From an uncultured Planctomycetaceae bacterium (GTDB taxonomy: Bacteria; Planctomycetota; Planctomycetia; Pirellulales; JAEUIK01), in assembly GCA_964495375.1 (NCBI GenBank), contig CAZBWM010000023.1, positions 2,795 through 66,794 on the forward strand: a stretch of DNA of 64,000 bases, read 5' to 3'. The position numbers were made by a program, and so were the translations under genes. Below the pieces are notes generated by a model. It ran no database searches and had not been told where the DNA came from. It worked only from the letters and a program-made list of their open reading frames with translations. How positions within the stretch are numbered: position 1 is the first letter of the stretch; each line of letters begins with the position of its first letter. Of the stretch, positions 9,136 through 18,561 are shown in pieces.

Positions 9136-10298
9136 TTGGAATTCGCCATGATCTGGTGAATCGTCGGCAGCACGCCGTCGACCCAGGCCGCGCAGCCAGC
9201 GGGGGCCAGATGACAGGGATCGTCGAAATGCGCCCCGTCTTTAGGAATCACGGCGTCGAGATCGACGTAATGCACGTCGGGGTGCTGCGCAACCAGCTCA
9301 CGCAGGACGGCATTTTCGGCGGCGACGCCGGCCCGCACCGCCTCGGGCTCGCCCCAGCATTCGACCGGCCCGAAGTGGGCGCCGTAGCTCAACTCGTGCT
9401 TGACGAACTTTTTCTTGGTGTAATCGGCCGGGATGTGCGAGGCATATCCCAGCAGCAGCAGCGGCTCGCCACGCTGGGCGGCCAATTCGATCAGCCCCGT
9501 GACGTTATTGCGATAGCTGACCGTGGTTTTGACGTCGCGGCCAAAGTCGTTCCACTCGCCCCCCGGAGGATTGTCGCGCGGTAGATACCAGTGCAGCTTG
9601 GGGGAATCGAGCGCGCCGATCAGCGTGTCTTCGATCGTGAATGGGGTGACGAGCCAGTTAATTTCTCGATGCTGCTCGAAGCGGTCGAGCCGCTTGTACC
9701 ACGAGCAATGCGTGAGATCTTCGCGGAACATCTCCGGTGGGCAGTTGTTCATGCGCGTTTCGTTGATCGCTTCGTAGAAGACCACCAGATCGAAATGTTG
9801 GTGAGCCATCCGCTCGTACTTGAGCAGACAGTCGCGCGAGGTGAGCGCGCGGGCCGAGCAGTTCCAGATCTTGACGGGGCGCGACTCCTGGGCGTTGAGT
9901 TTTTCGCCGAGCAGCGCCGCGATGTTGCCATGCTTGGCGTGCAGCACCGAACCGCCGAGCAGCAGGATGTCGAACGTCTCGTCGCCGCGCGGAATGGCAG
10001 CCGTGGCCAGGCCCGTCTCTTCGAGTTCCGGATAGAAGCGGCCCGACCAGATCTGATCCATCCGCAGGAACGGAACTCCCCAGCGTTTCCACCAATACCC
10101 GCGGCAGACCAGTTCGACGATCACGAGCATGTAACAGGCGTAAACAACCCACCCGATCAGCCTGCGCTTCAGCGAGCGCGGCGCGGGGCTCGGCTTCTGG
10201 CCACGACGGTGGCCGGGCGTTCGCAGCGGTTCTTTCTCGTGGGTGGCAGCGTCGACTGCCGTCGGCGGAGCGTTCGAGAGCGTGGCAGTTTGATTCAT
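9132..10298 (-). CDS. Membrane-anchored SGNH/GDSL-like hydrolase fold protein
   Basis: TM helix, ILLLGGSV block I, YEAINE block III, FDDPCHL (DxxH-like) block V. Confidence 0.7.
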   Translation of the reverse strand: MNQTATLSNAPPTAVDAATHEKEPLRTPGHRRGQKPSPAPRSLKRRLIGWVVYACYMLVIVELVCRGYWWKRWGVPFLRMDQIWSGRFYPELEETGLATAAIPRGDETFDILLLGGSVLHAKHGNIAALLGEKLNAQESRPVKIWNCSARALTSRDCLLKYERMAHQHFDLVVFYEAINETRMNNCPPEMFREDLTHCSWYKRLDRFEQHREINWLVTPFTIEDTLIGALDSPKLHWYLPRDNPPGGEWNDFGRDVKTTVSYRNNVTGLIELAAQRGEPLLLLGYASHIPADYTKKKFVKHELSYGAHFGPVECWGEPEAVRAGVAAENAVLRELVAQHPDVHYVDLDAVIPKDGAHFDDPCHLAPAGCAAWVDGVLPTIHQIMANSK

Positions 10299-10725
10299 CG
10301 GAACGTTCCGTAAGTGGAAGCCGCGGCGGGCCCCAACGGGCGCAATCAACGGCGCGATCGGCTCGGGGCGGCGGATGTGCAGGGGCAAACTCTATCCCAG
10401 AGCCGCGCGACGGGGCAATGGAGATCCGGCGCCGCACGATCGTTAAACTCGGCCCGCCGACACCACGTCACGAATCGTTAAGCCGCGGCCGGCATTGCGC
10501 GATACCGATTCCTGGGAATGCTAGCAGTGAAAAGCGATTGCCAGCAGGCAATTCCAACCCGCGTTGCCGCGTTCTGCCGATCCACTTATTATCGTCCACC
10601 CCACATGGGGCGAGGCAGGGCGACGTACCGGACGTCAGCGCGCGGCGAGGCATCGTGCGGTCGGTGACCGCAAGCACACCGGGCGTCGCGGACCAATCGA
10701 ATCAATCAGTCACCGAAAGAGCGGC

Positions 10726-12066
10726 ATGTCTGGATTCTGGCGGCGAATGTCAGGTGGATCGCGTTGGCGGCTCTGCGGACGGGTTGTCGCCGTGCTGGCG
10801 CTCGTGGCGGCCGCGTTCGGCCTCAACCAGTTGTTCTGGAATCATCACGTCAAGCGTTTTCAAGAGTTGCGCCCGGGCGTGGCTTATCGCTCGGGACAGC
10901 CGTCGGAACTGGGACTCAAGTACCTCATCGCCCGGCGCGGCGTGAAGACGGTGATCAGCCTGCAACTTTATCCGGCGTCGCTGCGTAAGGGTGTGTACGA
11001 CCCGGGCAAGCCAAGCGGCGGTCCCGAGGCGCCGTGCGTCGAGCGGCTGGGAGCCCACGCCCTACATTGGTCTCTTGGCGAGGAAGCCTATTGGCCCTGG
11101 CCGAGCCCTTGGATTTACGAAGCCTGGTTTCGCACGGTCGATGATCCGGCAAACTGGCCGATCGTGATCCACTGCCAGGGAGGTCGGCATCGAACGGGCA
11201 CGTTGGCCGCACTCTTTCGTCTGGAATACGATCGCTGGCCGGTCGAGCAGGCGCTGGCCGAAATGTACTCATTCAAGTTTGGTTCCCCCGTTCCCTTGCA
11301 AGAACACAACCTGCGCACCTATTTGCCGCGACCGCGCCCGAGCGTCGAGGAGTGGGGGACACTGGCGGCCGAGCTGAGCCCTTGGTTGACGCCCGCCGAG
11401 CGTGGGGACTTTGCAGCGGCGGTGTATCGTTTGCGCCAGCGTAGGGCCGAGCCGGCGCTGCAAGCGGCGCTGCTGCGATCATTGAACGGCGACGTAGACT
11501 TCGCGCTGTGTCTCGTGGCGCGACTGGTCGACGCGGCCGACGAACCGTTGGCGGCTCCCTTGGCAGCGCGAGCTGCCGCGATCATCGAGCGGAATTCTGC
11601 GCCTGCTCGCGATTGGTCGACAGCGGCGGCCACGATCGCAGATTTTGGCACACCCCAACAGCAAACGCGGCTTATTGAGGTGTTGACCTCCGAACCGCTC
11701 GATCACCCTCCTACCGAGCGCTATGCCGCGTTGGCCGCGGGCGTGGCCAATCGCTACACGGCCAATCGTGCGCCGTATCTGCGCGTGCTCTTGGCCGACG
11801 AGCGACACCATCCGGAGCCGGCGGCACGGAAGTATCGATACTGTGAGACGGCAGCCGCCCGACTGTCGGTGCTTGCCGAGCAGAACTTCGTCGAAATCGA
11901 GGGGCATCTGGCCGACTGGCCGCATGCCCCCGAGCGTGCGAAGTGCTGGCTGGACACGCACGAGCAGCTAGAGCAGTTATCGACCTTGATTCCGCCCGAG
12001 ACCCCGGGCGTCGCGCGCGTGGCCGGGCGCGAGAACGACGAAGGACAAGGCGCGCTGCGGCCCTAG
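10726..12066 (+). CDS. Membrane-anchored tyrosine/dual-specificity phosphatase with helical C-terminal domain
   Basis: AYRSGQP, VKTVISL, HCQGGRHRTG (CX5R P-loop), N-terminal TM helix. Confidence 0.85.
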   Translation: MSGFWRRMSGGSRWRLCGRVVAVLALVAAAFGLNQLFWNHHVKRFQELRPGVAYRSGQPSELGLKYLIARRGVKTVISLQLYPASLRKGVYDPGKPSGGPEAPCVERLGAHALHWSLGEEAYWPWPSPWIYEAWFRTVDDPANWPIVIHCQGGRHRTGTLAALFRLEYDRWPVEQALAEMYSFKFGSPVPLQEHNLRTYLPRPRPSVEEWGTLAAELSPWLTPAERGDFAAAVYRLRQRRAEPALQAALLRSLNGDVDFALCLVARLVDAADEPLAAPLAARAAAIIERNSAPARDWSTAAATIADFGTPQQQTRLIEVLTSEPLDHPPTERYAALAAGVANRYTANRAPYLRVLLADERHHPEPAARKYRYCETAAARLSVLAEQNFVEIEGHLADWPHAPERAKCWLDTHEQLEQLSTLIPPETPGVARVAGRENDEGQGALRP

Positions 12067-12111
12067 ACGGGAAATCGAAGTTTCCGAAGCCGGCGACAGG
12101 CACCCAGCCGG

Positions 12112-13413
12112 CTACGGAGCGCGGCGCTGCTTGCCACGCTGGCTGCGCAGCTCGTTCATCATAAAGCTGATCGATTGGCAACGTGAGCGCACGGCCACAT
12201 CGAAGCGCTTTTCTTGAGCCGCGGATGCGGCCGCGTCGTCGAGCGTGCGGAAGCGTTGCCAGTCGATGTCCCAGCCTTCTTCCATGGCCGCCTGCTGGAG
12301 CTGCTGACTGATGTTCGCTAGTTCGTCTACCAGCTCTGGCCCGGGCGGGCAGTTGCACGTGCGGTGCGGGCCACGGCCATAACGCCCGGCGACCTGCGGC
12401 GTGGGAGTTTTCTTCTCCGGCTGCAACGGTCGCGCCACACGCGACAAGACCGCGCCTACGGCGCTGGCAGCCGCGGCTACCCAGCAAGCAATCGCCAAAG
12501 TGGACTGCCCAGCCGCGAGCAACACTCCACCGGTTGCCGCGAGACCGGCGGCCACGAGGCCGAAGATTACTGAGAGCGACGCCCCGGGCCCAGCAGCAAC
12601 TTCGGTGACCGGGCCCGCTTCGGGGGAGGAAATGAGGTGTGAATCTTTTACCTTGGCCACAATTACGGTGATGTTATCTGGCCCGCCGCGCAAGTTCGCC
12701 AGATCGATGAGCGACTGGACCGCTTCCTGCGGAGTACATGAGGCCAGGATCCCGCACAATTCTTCGTCGGTCACCTGGCCGGTCAAGCCGTCGCTGCATA
12801 GCAAGAAGGTATCGCCGACCGCCAAAGGAAATGGACCCTCGCGATCGACATCGACTTTGGGGCCGGGACCCAACGAACGAGTAATAATATTCTTGGGAAT
12901 AAACGCCGAGACCTGGTCGTCGCGCAGCGAACCGCCGGCGGCCATCTCCCACACCAGACTGTGGTCGAAGGTTAATTGATCGAGTTGGTGCCCCCGCAAT
13001 CGATAGACGCGACTATCGCCGACGTGGGCGACGACCGCGCCCGTGGGCAGCAGCAGCAACGTGCTGGCCGTGGTCCCCATGCCGTGAAACTCGGCATTGG
13101 CCTGGCCGCGCTCGTGGATCTTGTTGTTGGCCTCTTCGACCGCGTGGCGAATGGCTTCGCCCGGCGGATCGTCAAGTAGCTTGGCATAGGTGAGCGGCAC
13201 GGCGTCGGCCGCCAGCTTGCTGGCCAGTTCGCCGGCCGCGTGGGCCCCCATGCCATCGGCCACGAGAAACAGATGGCCACGCGCGCGCCATTGCTCGTCC
13301 GACTTAGCGATCGCCACGGCGAACGAGTCTTGGTTATTGGCCCGCCGCAAACCGACGTCGCTCTGAACGGCATAATCAACGCCGGTCGACCAGTTCGGCG
13401 TGATAGCAGTCAT
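12112..13413 (-). CDS. PP2C-family Ser/Thr protein phosphatase with C-terminal TM hairpin
   Basis: SDVGLRRANNQD, VADGMGAH, AHVGDSRVY, LCSDGL, GGPDNIT. Confidence 0.93.
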   Translation of the reverse strand: MTAITPNWSTGVDYAVQSDVGLRRANNQDSFAVAIAKSDEQWRARGHLFLVADGMGAHAAGELASKLAADAVPLTYAKLLDDPPGEAIRHAVEEANNKIHERGQANAEFHGMGTTASTLLLLPTGAVVAHVGDSRVYRLRGHQLDQLTFDHSLVWEMAAGGSLRDDQVSAFIPKNIITRSLGPGPKVDVDREGPFPLAVGDTFLLCSDGLTGQVTDEELCGILASCTPQEAVQSLIDLANLRGGPDNITVIVAKVKDSHLISSPEAGPVTEVAAGPGASLSVIFGLVAAGLAATGGVLLAAGQSTLAIACWVAAAASAVGAVLSRVARPLQPEKKTPTPQVAGRYGRGPHRTCNCPPGPELVDELANISQQLQQAAMEEGWDIDWQRFRTLDDAAASAAQEKRFDVAVRSRCQSISFMMNELRSQRGKQRRAP

Positions 13414-13825
13414 CGGAGGAGCCACGGGGGGAGGTTTGACGACGGTCGGAAGCCAGCAAATTCTACTCTGCCTATCCGCCGGACAATAGCACGCCCGGCA
13501 AGCCTTCGGCATTCGCTGGGAGCGTCCTGGGCTGCCCATTCCGCGCAGTCGCGCGATACGGTGCGGCCGGCGCGTCGCCAGCCGTGGTTTTGATCGCCGG
13601 CGGGGCGTCCGATTGCTCAGATCGCTCTGGTTCGCCGACGGGGCGGTTCGTATACTCCCGACCGTCAAAACCGGGCCGTTCGGCCCGCTTCGCGGCTCCC
13701 GCTGCGGTTCGTCCAGTTCCCTAGTCCGACGTCCCGAGCCCGGCTAAATCGCCGGGTCTGGGCTCGTACCAATCACGCACGCCATGCACAGATCGCACCG
13801 ACCGCCGAGAAGCCTAGCTACGCGA

Positions 13826-14446
13826 ATGGTGCTGTTGGCACTCGTCGTGTTGCTGATGCCGGCGCTCACCGGGTGCGTCCAACGTCGCTTGTCCATTCGC
13901 AGCAATCCGCCCGGCGCGTTGGTCTATGTCGACGGCTACGAGATCGGGCGGACGCCGTGCTCGACGCAATTCACGTACTACGGCAAACGCCAGTTCCGTC
14001 TGGTGCTCGATGGCTACGAAACGCTCACGACCGAGCAGCGAATCTGGTTTCCCTGGTATCAAGTGATCGGGGTCGACTTCGTCGCGGAGAACCTCGTGCC
14101 GTGGGAAATCCGCGACGAGCGCGACCTGGTGTTCAACATGCAGCCCTTGCGCGGCGTGCCGACCGAAGAGTTGCTCGAGAATGCCGAACGATTGCGCGCC
14201 GGGAGCCGTATGACTGGCCTGGTGCCCGCGGGCGGCGAACCGGCCATCTTGCAGACCGCGCCAGACACTGCGTCGCTAGTGCCGACTCGTGGCGCCGCTC
14301 CTCTGCGGCCTGGCGATCCGCCGGGCGCAGTGGTTGGATTGAGCCCGCCAGCGAGTGGGCCCAACGGAACACGGCCGGCTCCATCAGAAGCCGAGCGCAC
14401 GGCCGCGGCGCCGGTGCGTTGGCTGTCGCCGAACGTGCGACGCTAG
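13826..14446 (+). CDS. PEGA-domain lipoprotein
   Basis: Lipobox LTGC followed by IRSNPPGALVYVDGYEIGRTP and LVLDGYE. Confidence 0.85.
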   Translation: MVLLALVVLLMPALTGCVQRRLSIRSNPPGALVYVDGYEIGRTPCSTQFTYYGKRQFRLVLDGYETLTTEQRIWFPWYQVIGVDFVAENLVPWEIRDERDLVFNMQPLRGVPTEELLENAERLRAGSRMTGLVPAGGEPAILQTAPDTASLVPTRGAAPLRPGDPPGAVVGLSPPASGPNGTRPAPSEAERTAAAPVRWLSPNVRR

Positions 14447-14482
14447 GGGGACACGTCGCGTTGGCCGATTCGCAACCGCCGC

Positions 14483-15562
14483 TTAGCGGTTGTACTTGAC
14501 CGGCGCCTGTCGTTCGAGCGCGCCGCGCACACCCAGCCGCCCCGGCTCACGCGCAATCTTGTCAGTAAAGACGCGCGCGTCGTCAAGAATCGGCCGTAAG
14601 CGTCGCGTCAACTGCTCGACGTTGTCGATCGTGGCGGCCAGCTTGTTGTACAACTCCGGATCGTTGAGCAACTGGCCCAGCGAGCCTTGCGAGTTGTTCA
14701 GCGCGCCGGTGAATTGCCCCATCTCGTCAAGCACCAGCGAAAGCTTTTTCGTGCTGCGCTCGATATTGCCAACGATCTCCGGACCTTGTCGCCCCAAAGG
14801 CTCGGTCAGCCCCTTGAGATTCACGAGGTTGTCGTCGACGGTTTGGAACGTTTGCTGCAAGCCGTTGAGCGTGGTGCGCGCGTCTTGCAACAGGGTTGGC
14901 AACTCGGCGACACTCTGCTTCAAATCTGCTTTGAGTTTGTCGTCCCCCAAGAACTCATTGACGCTGCCGACCGCCGTTTGCAGTCCTTCGAGCGTCGACT
15001 CGGCCTTGTCGATGATGCGGCTAAACTGCTCGTCGTTCCCTTCGAGCAAATCGTTGACGCGGCCCGCCAATTCACCAATTTGATCGCTCGTGCTGCCCAC
15101 GGAACGCAGCAAGACCGCGAAATCTCCCTGCATGTTGCCCAGCACCTTGAACGGATCGGGCGTGGCGACACCGTACATCAATTGCCCATCTTTGACCGGT
15201 GCCGTAGGTAGGCCCTTATCGGTGACGCGGACGAATTCGAGATCCGAGGCCCCCAACAGCGAGCCGGTTGAACGGCAGATGTCGTTTTCTTGCAGGGGAA
15301 CGGTTCTCTGAATGCGGGCGGTGACCATCACGCCCCCTTCGGGCGCGAAACGCACGTCGCTGACGCGGCCAATGAGGATGCCGTGCATGCGGACGGCCGT
15401 GTCGTTGCTGACGCCGCGGACTTCGGGGAAGTGAACATACACGGTGTACGAACCCTGGAGCAGTGTCGGCAATTCGCCAAACAACAGCACCAGAATGACG
15501 GTGATGATGATGACGGCCACCACCATCACGCCGACACGGAACTGTACGATGCGTTCGTCCAT
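14483..15562 (-). CDS. mlaD: MlaD/MCE family protein
   Basis: N-terminal TM, MCE domain (VRMHGILIGRVSDV), long helical tail, GSLGQLLNDPELY; third gene of the operon. Confidence 0.9.
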   Translation of the reverse strand: MDERIVQFRVGVMVVAVIIITVILVLLFGELPTLLQGSYTVYVHFPEVRGVSNDTAVRMHGILIGRVSDVRFAPEGGVMVTARIQRTVPLQENDICRSTGSLLGASDLEFVRVTDKGLPTAPVKDGQLMYGVATPDPFKVLGNMQGDFAVLLRSVGSTSDQIGELAGRVNDLLEGNDEQFSRIIDKAESTLEGLQTAVGSVNEFLGDDKLKADLKQSVAELPTLLQDARTTLNGLQQTFQTVDDNLVNLKGLTEPLGRQGPEIVGNIERSTKKLSLVLDEMGQFTGALNNSQGSLGQLLNDPELYNKLAATIDNVEQLTRRLRPILDDARVFTDKIAREPGRLGVRGALERQAPVKYNR

Positions 15563-15665
15563 GATCGCTCTTGCCCGATGCTGGTGATGTCGCGGTCAGT
15601 TGACGCGAGCCGGCCCCAACCGAAAGTTGCGAGGCGCGGCGCATGCCCAGCGCGCGACGTCGGTG

Positions 15666-16511
15666 CTAGGTATCTTCCTGAAATTCTTCGGCGTAGTGGT
15701 TTTGTTCGTACATTTCGCTGAGTCGTTCGCCCGCCTCGCCGCGCACGAACTGCGAAACGCGCGGATCGTCGGAGTGTTCGATATCCTCGGACGAGCCGTC
15801 GAAGACAATCTGCGGCTCGTCCGGTTCCAAACGCGACGTCGGATAGAACATCACGACGCGATCGGCCACCTTGTGCGTCGTGCGCATATCATGCGTAACG
15901 ATGACGCTGGTCACTGGGTAGCGCTGGCGCGTGCGCAGCATCAGTTCGTTGATCACATCGCTCATGATCGGGTCGAGCCCCGTCGTGGGTTCGTCGTAGA
16001 GCACGATCTCGGGATTCAGCGCCAACGCTCGGGCCAGACCCACGCGTTTACGCATACCGCCCGAGAGTTCTGCCGGCTTCTTGGTCACGACCGTCGAGGG
16101 GAGGCCCACTTCTTCGAGCCGAGCCAGCACGATGTCGCGGATCTCGTCTTCGCTTTTACGCGTGTGCTGTCGCAACGGGAAGGCGACGTTCTGGCCGATC
16201 GTCATGCTGTCGAACAACGCCGCCATCTGAAACACAAAGCCGAACCGCGTGCGCGCGGCCGACAGTTCGCGTTCGGTCAGCTTCGCCAGATTGCGGCCGT
16301 CGAAGCGAACTTGCCCCCGGGTGGGCGTAATCAAGCCGATCAGCGTCTTGAGCAGCACCGTCTTGCCGCAACCGCTTTCGCCGATGATCGCCAGCGTCTG
16401 CCCACGCGGAATGTGCAGGTCGATGCCGCGCAGCACTTGCTGCTTGCCAAAGGTGACATCGACGTCGTCGATATCGACCAGGAATTCGGCATTGTCGTAG
16501 GCGGCAGGCAT
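15666..16511 (-). CDS. mlaF: ABC transporter ATP-binding protein MlaF
   Basis: GESGCGKT, FVFQMAALFDSM, ELSGGMRKRVGLARA, LYDEPTTGLDP, VTHD. Confidence 0.93.
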   Translation of the reverse strand: MPAAYDNAEFLVDIDDVDVTFGKQQVLRGIDLHIPRGQTLAIIGESGCGKTVLLKTLIGLITPTRGQVRFDGRNLAKLTERELSAARTRFGFVFQMAALFDSMTIGQNVAFPLRQHTRKSEDEIRDIVLARLEEVGLPSTVVTKKPAELSGGMRKRVGLARALALNPEIVLYDEPTTGLDPIMSDVINELMLRTRQRYPVTSVIVTHDMRTTHKVADRVVMFYPTSRLEPDEPQIVFDGSSEDIEHSDDPRVSQFVRGEAGERLSEMYEQNHYAEEFQEDT

Positions 16512-16514
16512 GGG

Positions 16515-16635
16515 TAGTGATTAGTGGTCAGTGGTCAGTGGCTAGGTGATCAGTGATCAGGAATAGAGGCGCGCTAACGGTGGAAGTTGGCTGAATCGGA
16601 ATTCCTAGCCACTAGTCACTGCTCACTAGCCACTA
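16515..16635. repeat. Inverted heptamer tandem-repeat element filling the mlaE-mlaF gap
   Basis: About six YAGTGRY units at 16515-16560 and four inverted units (gccacta/gtcactg/ctcacta/gccacta) at 16608-16635. The last unit contains the mlaE stop codon. Confidence 0.8.
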
Positions 16636-17511
16636 AATGAGTTTTCCCGCGTTCGGCCAGAGGAAGTAGTACAGCGAATTGAGCACGATACCCAATTGCA
16701 GATCGAGAATCAGAATCAGCACGAACGACGTGACGAACGCGCCCGTGGCGGCGCGACCGACGCCTTCGGCGCCGGGATCGCAATAGAAGCCGCGGTGGCA
16801 ACTCAAAATGGCGATCGCCGCGCCGAAGAACAGACTTTTGAACGTGCCGCCAAATACGTCGTAAACCCCGATGAACTCCTGCGAATTCTCCCAGTACTGG
16901 TGCGAGTCGATTCCCAGCCGCACGATACTGAAGAACGCGCCGCCGACGATGCCCATGAAGTCGGCCATGATCGTCAGCGTGGGAATCAGAATCAGGCAGC
17001 CGAGGAATCGCGGCACGACCAGGTAGTGGATCGGATTGGCCCCCATGCTGGCCAGGGCGTCGATCTGTTCCGTCACGCGCATGGTGCCGAGCTCGGCCGC
17101 CATGGCGCTCCCGACGCGGCCGGCCAACATCGTGGCCGCCAGCACCGGGCCCAACTCGCGGACCAGCGACATATTGATGACCGCCCCCAATCGCGATTCG
17201 AGATTGAGCATGCGGAATTGATCGTAGCTCTGCACGGCCAGCACCATGCCGATGAACGTGCCCGTGAGCGCGACCACCGGCAGGCTGAGCACGCCAATCT
17301 GATAAAACGCGGGGAGCAGCGTCTCGCGGCGCGGCAGGCGGGTGAACATCCACGCCACGACGCGCAGTCCAAAGACCGAGACGTTGCCCAGCGCTACGAT
17401 CCAATCGACGATCAAACTGCCGAGATCGGCGACCCATTCGCTGGCGGCAGCCAGCGGTCGAAAGCGGCGGCGGGGCAATTCCCACTGCGTGTCGTCGAAG
17501 GTCGTGGCCAC
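16633..17511 (-). CDS. mlaE: MlaE family ABC transporter permease
   Basis: [61 protein letters not shown]. Confidence 0.95.
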   Translation of the reverse strand: MATTFDDTQWELPRRRFRPLAAASEWVADLGSLIVDWIVALGNVSVFGLRVVAWMFTRLPRRETLLPAFYQIGVLSLPVVALTGTFIGMVLAVQSYDQFRMLNLESRLGAVINMSLVRELGPVLAATMLAGRVGSAMAAELGTMRVTEQIDALASMGANPIHYLVVPRFLGCLILIPTLTIMADFMGIVGGAFFSIVRLGIDSHQYWENSQEFIGVYDVFGGTFKSLFFGAAIAILSCHRGFYCDPGAEGVGRAATGAFVTSFVLILILDLQLGIVLNSLYYFLWPNAGKLI

Positions 17512-17766
17512 GGTTGCACCTGAATTGCTAGCTAGAGACGAGAGGCAAACTGCCGGCGCGCGGCAGCGCGTGCGCCCCGCTCTGTACGCGGCTAGTTTGT
17601 CGGTAGTTTTTTCGGCCGCCAGACCTTGACGCTTGAAGCGGATTTAAGGATCGGCGAAGCTGGGTAAATTGGCGATAATCGGCAAGCATTTTGCCGTGCC
17701 CACTCGACACGAACTCGCGGCTATGCCAGCGGCTGGTCGCCAGCACGGAGGAAGCCCATTCACGCT

Positions 17767-17793
17767 CCGCGCCAGAGGTCGATTGGCCGCTTG
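17767..17793. repeat. 27-bp direct repeat, copy 1 (displaced 3' end of the oxidoreductase gene)
   Basis: ccgcgccagaggtcgattggccgcttg, identical to 18569-18595. Confidence 0.95.
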
Positions 17794-17813
17794 ACAGGCG
17801 AAGTTACAAATCC

Positions 17814-18203
17814 TCACCAAGCGCGGTGTACGCCATAGGTGTCTAAGCCCGCGTCGGCACTGAGCAAGACTGCCCCCTCGGCAAGCGCTTGGGCGACCAG
17901 TAAGCGATCGAACGGATCGCGATGGTGATGAGGGAGGGCGACAAGCCGGGCCAGATGATCCAGCTCGATCGGAAGCAGCGTGGCCGCGGTATCAGCTAGT
18001 CCTGCCTGAATCGTATTCTCGAACGACCCGCCGTGTACGACGATCTTTCCGAGGCTGACTTTGATGGCAATTTCCCACAGGCTCGCGACACTGACCAACG
18101 ATTCGTTTGCCTCGTCATCCAGCAATTGTCGTCCGCGCTGGCTTATTTTCTCGGGGTCCAACACCGACCACAGTAGGACGTGAGTATCGAGCAACAGCCT
18201 CAC
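17814..18203 (-). CDS. vapC: Type II TA toxin, PIN domain (VapC family)
   Basis: LLLDTHVLLW, SVASLWEIAIK, HHRDPFDRLLVAQA, LLSAD; GTGA overlap with the antitoxin. Confidence 0.95.
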   Translation of the reverse strand: MRLLLDTHVLLWSVLDPEKISQRGRQLLDDEANESLVSVASLWEIAIKVSLGKIVVHGGSFENTIQAGLADTAATLLPIELDHLARLVALPHHHRDPFDRLLVAQALAEGAVLLSADAGLDTYGVHRAW

Positions 18204-18427
18204 GATACGTAGTCCTCAAAGCCCTGTAAGTGCTCGTCGTCGTCGGCAATGACCTCCAATTTGCCACGCAGCGTGCCGAATTTCCGCTTACGCGGGGCGA
18301 CAGGTGGCGGAACGAGCTGCGCCACGGGCTGCGTGCCGCGGACGATCACAATCGCGTCGCCGACGCCCAGGTTGTTTACCAACTCTTCAAGGTTGGCCTT
18401 GGCTTCTTCTAAAGAAATAATGGTCAT
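18200..18427 (-). CDS. Type II TA antitoxin (Phd/YefM-like N-terminus)
   Basis: MTIISLEEAKANLEELV...IVIVRGTQPVAQLVP...RKFGTLRGK, directly upstream of the PIN toxin. Confidence 0.88.
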   Translation of the reverse strand: MTIISLEEAKANLEELVNNLGVGDAIVIVRGTQPVAQLVPPPVAPRKRKFGTLRGKLEVIADDDEHLQGFEDYVS

Positions 18428-18507
18428 GTCGGTGCCTTGAAAATGGCAATTCTGCGCCCAGGCGAGATGGCGCGGAGTCGCGAACGAACGGCGTCGCAAT
18501 CAAGGTC

Positions 18508-18513
18508 ATTATA
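18508..18513 (-). promoter_or_regulatory. -10 element (TATAAT) for the TA operon
   Basis: Perfect TATAAT on the minus strand about 80 bp upstream of the antitoxin ATG, inside the islet. No clear -35. Confidence 0.45.
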
Positions 18514-18561
18514 CGGCGAAATCGGGGAATACGGGGCGCTTGACGACAAGAATAGCGACGC

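Noticed and set aside
17544-17576. GGCAAAC plus stem resembling a c-di-GMP-I riboswitch
   Set aside because: Lacks the GNRA loop and the GACGCAAAGC segment, and lies on the strand opposite to mlaE.
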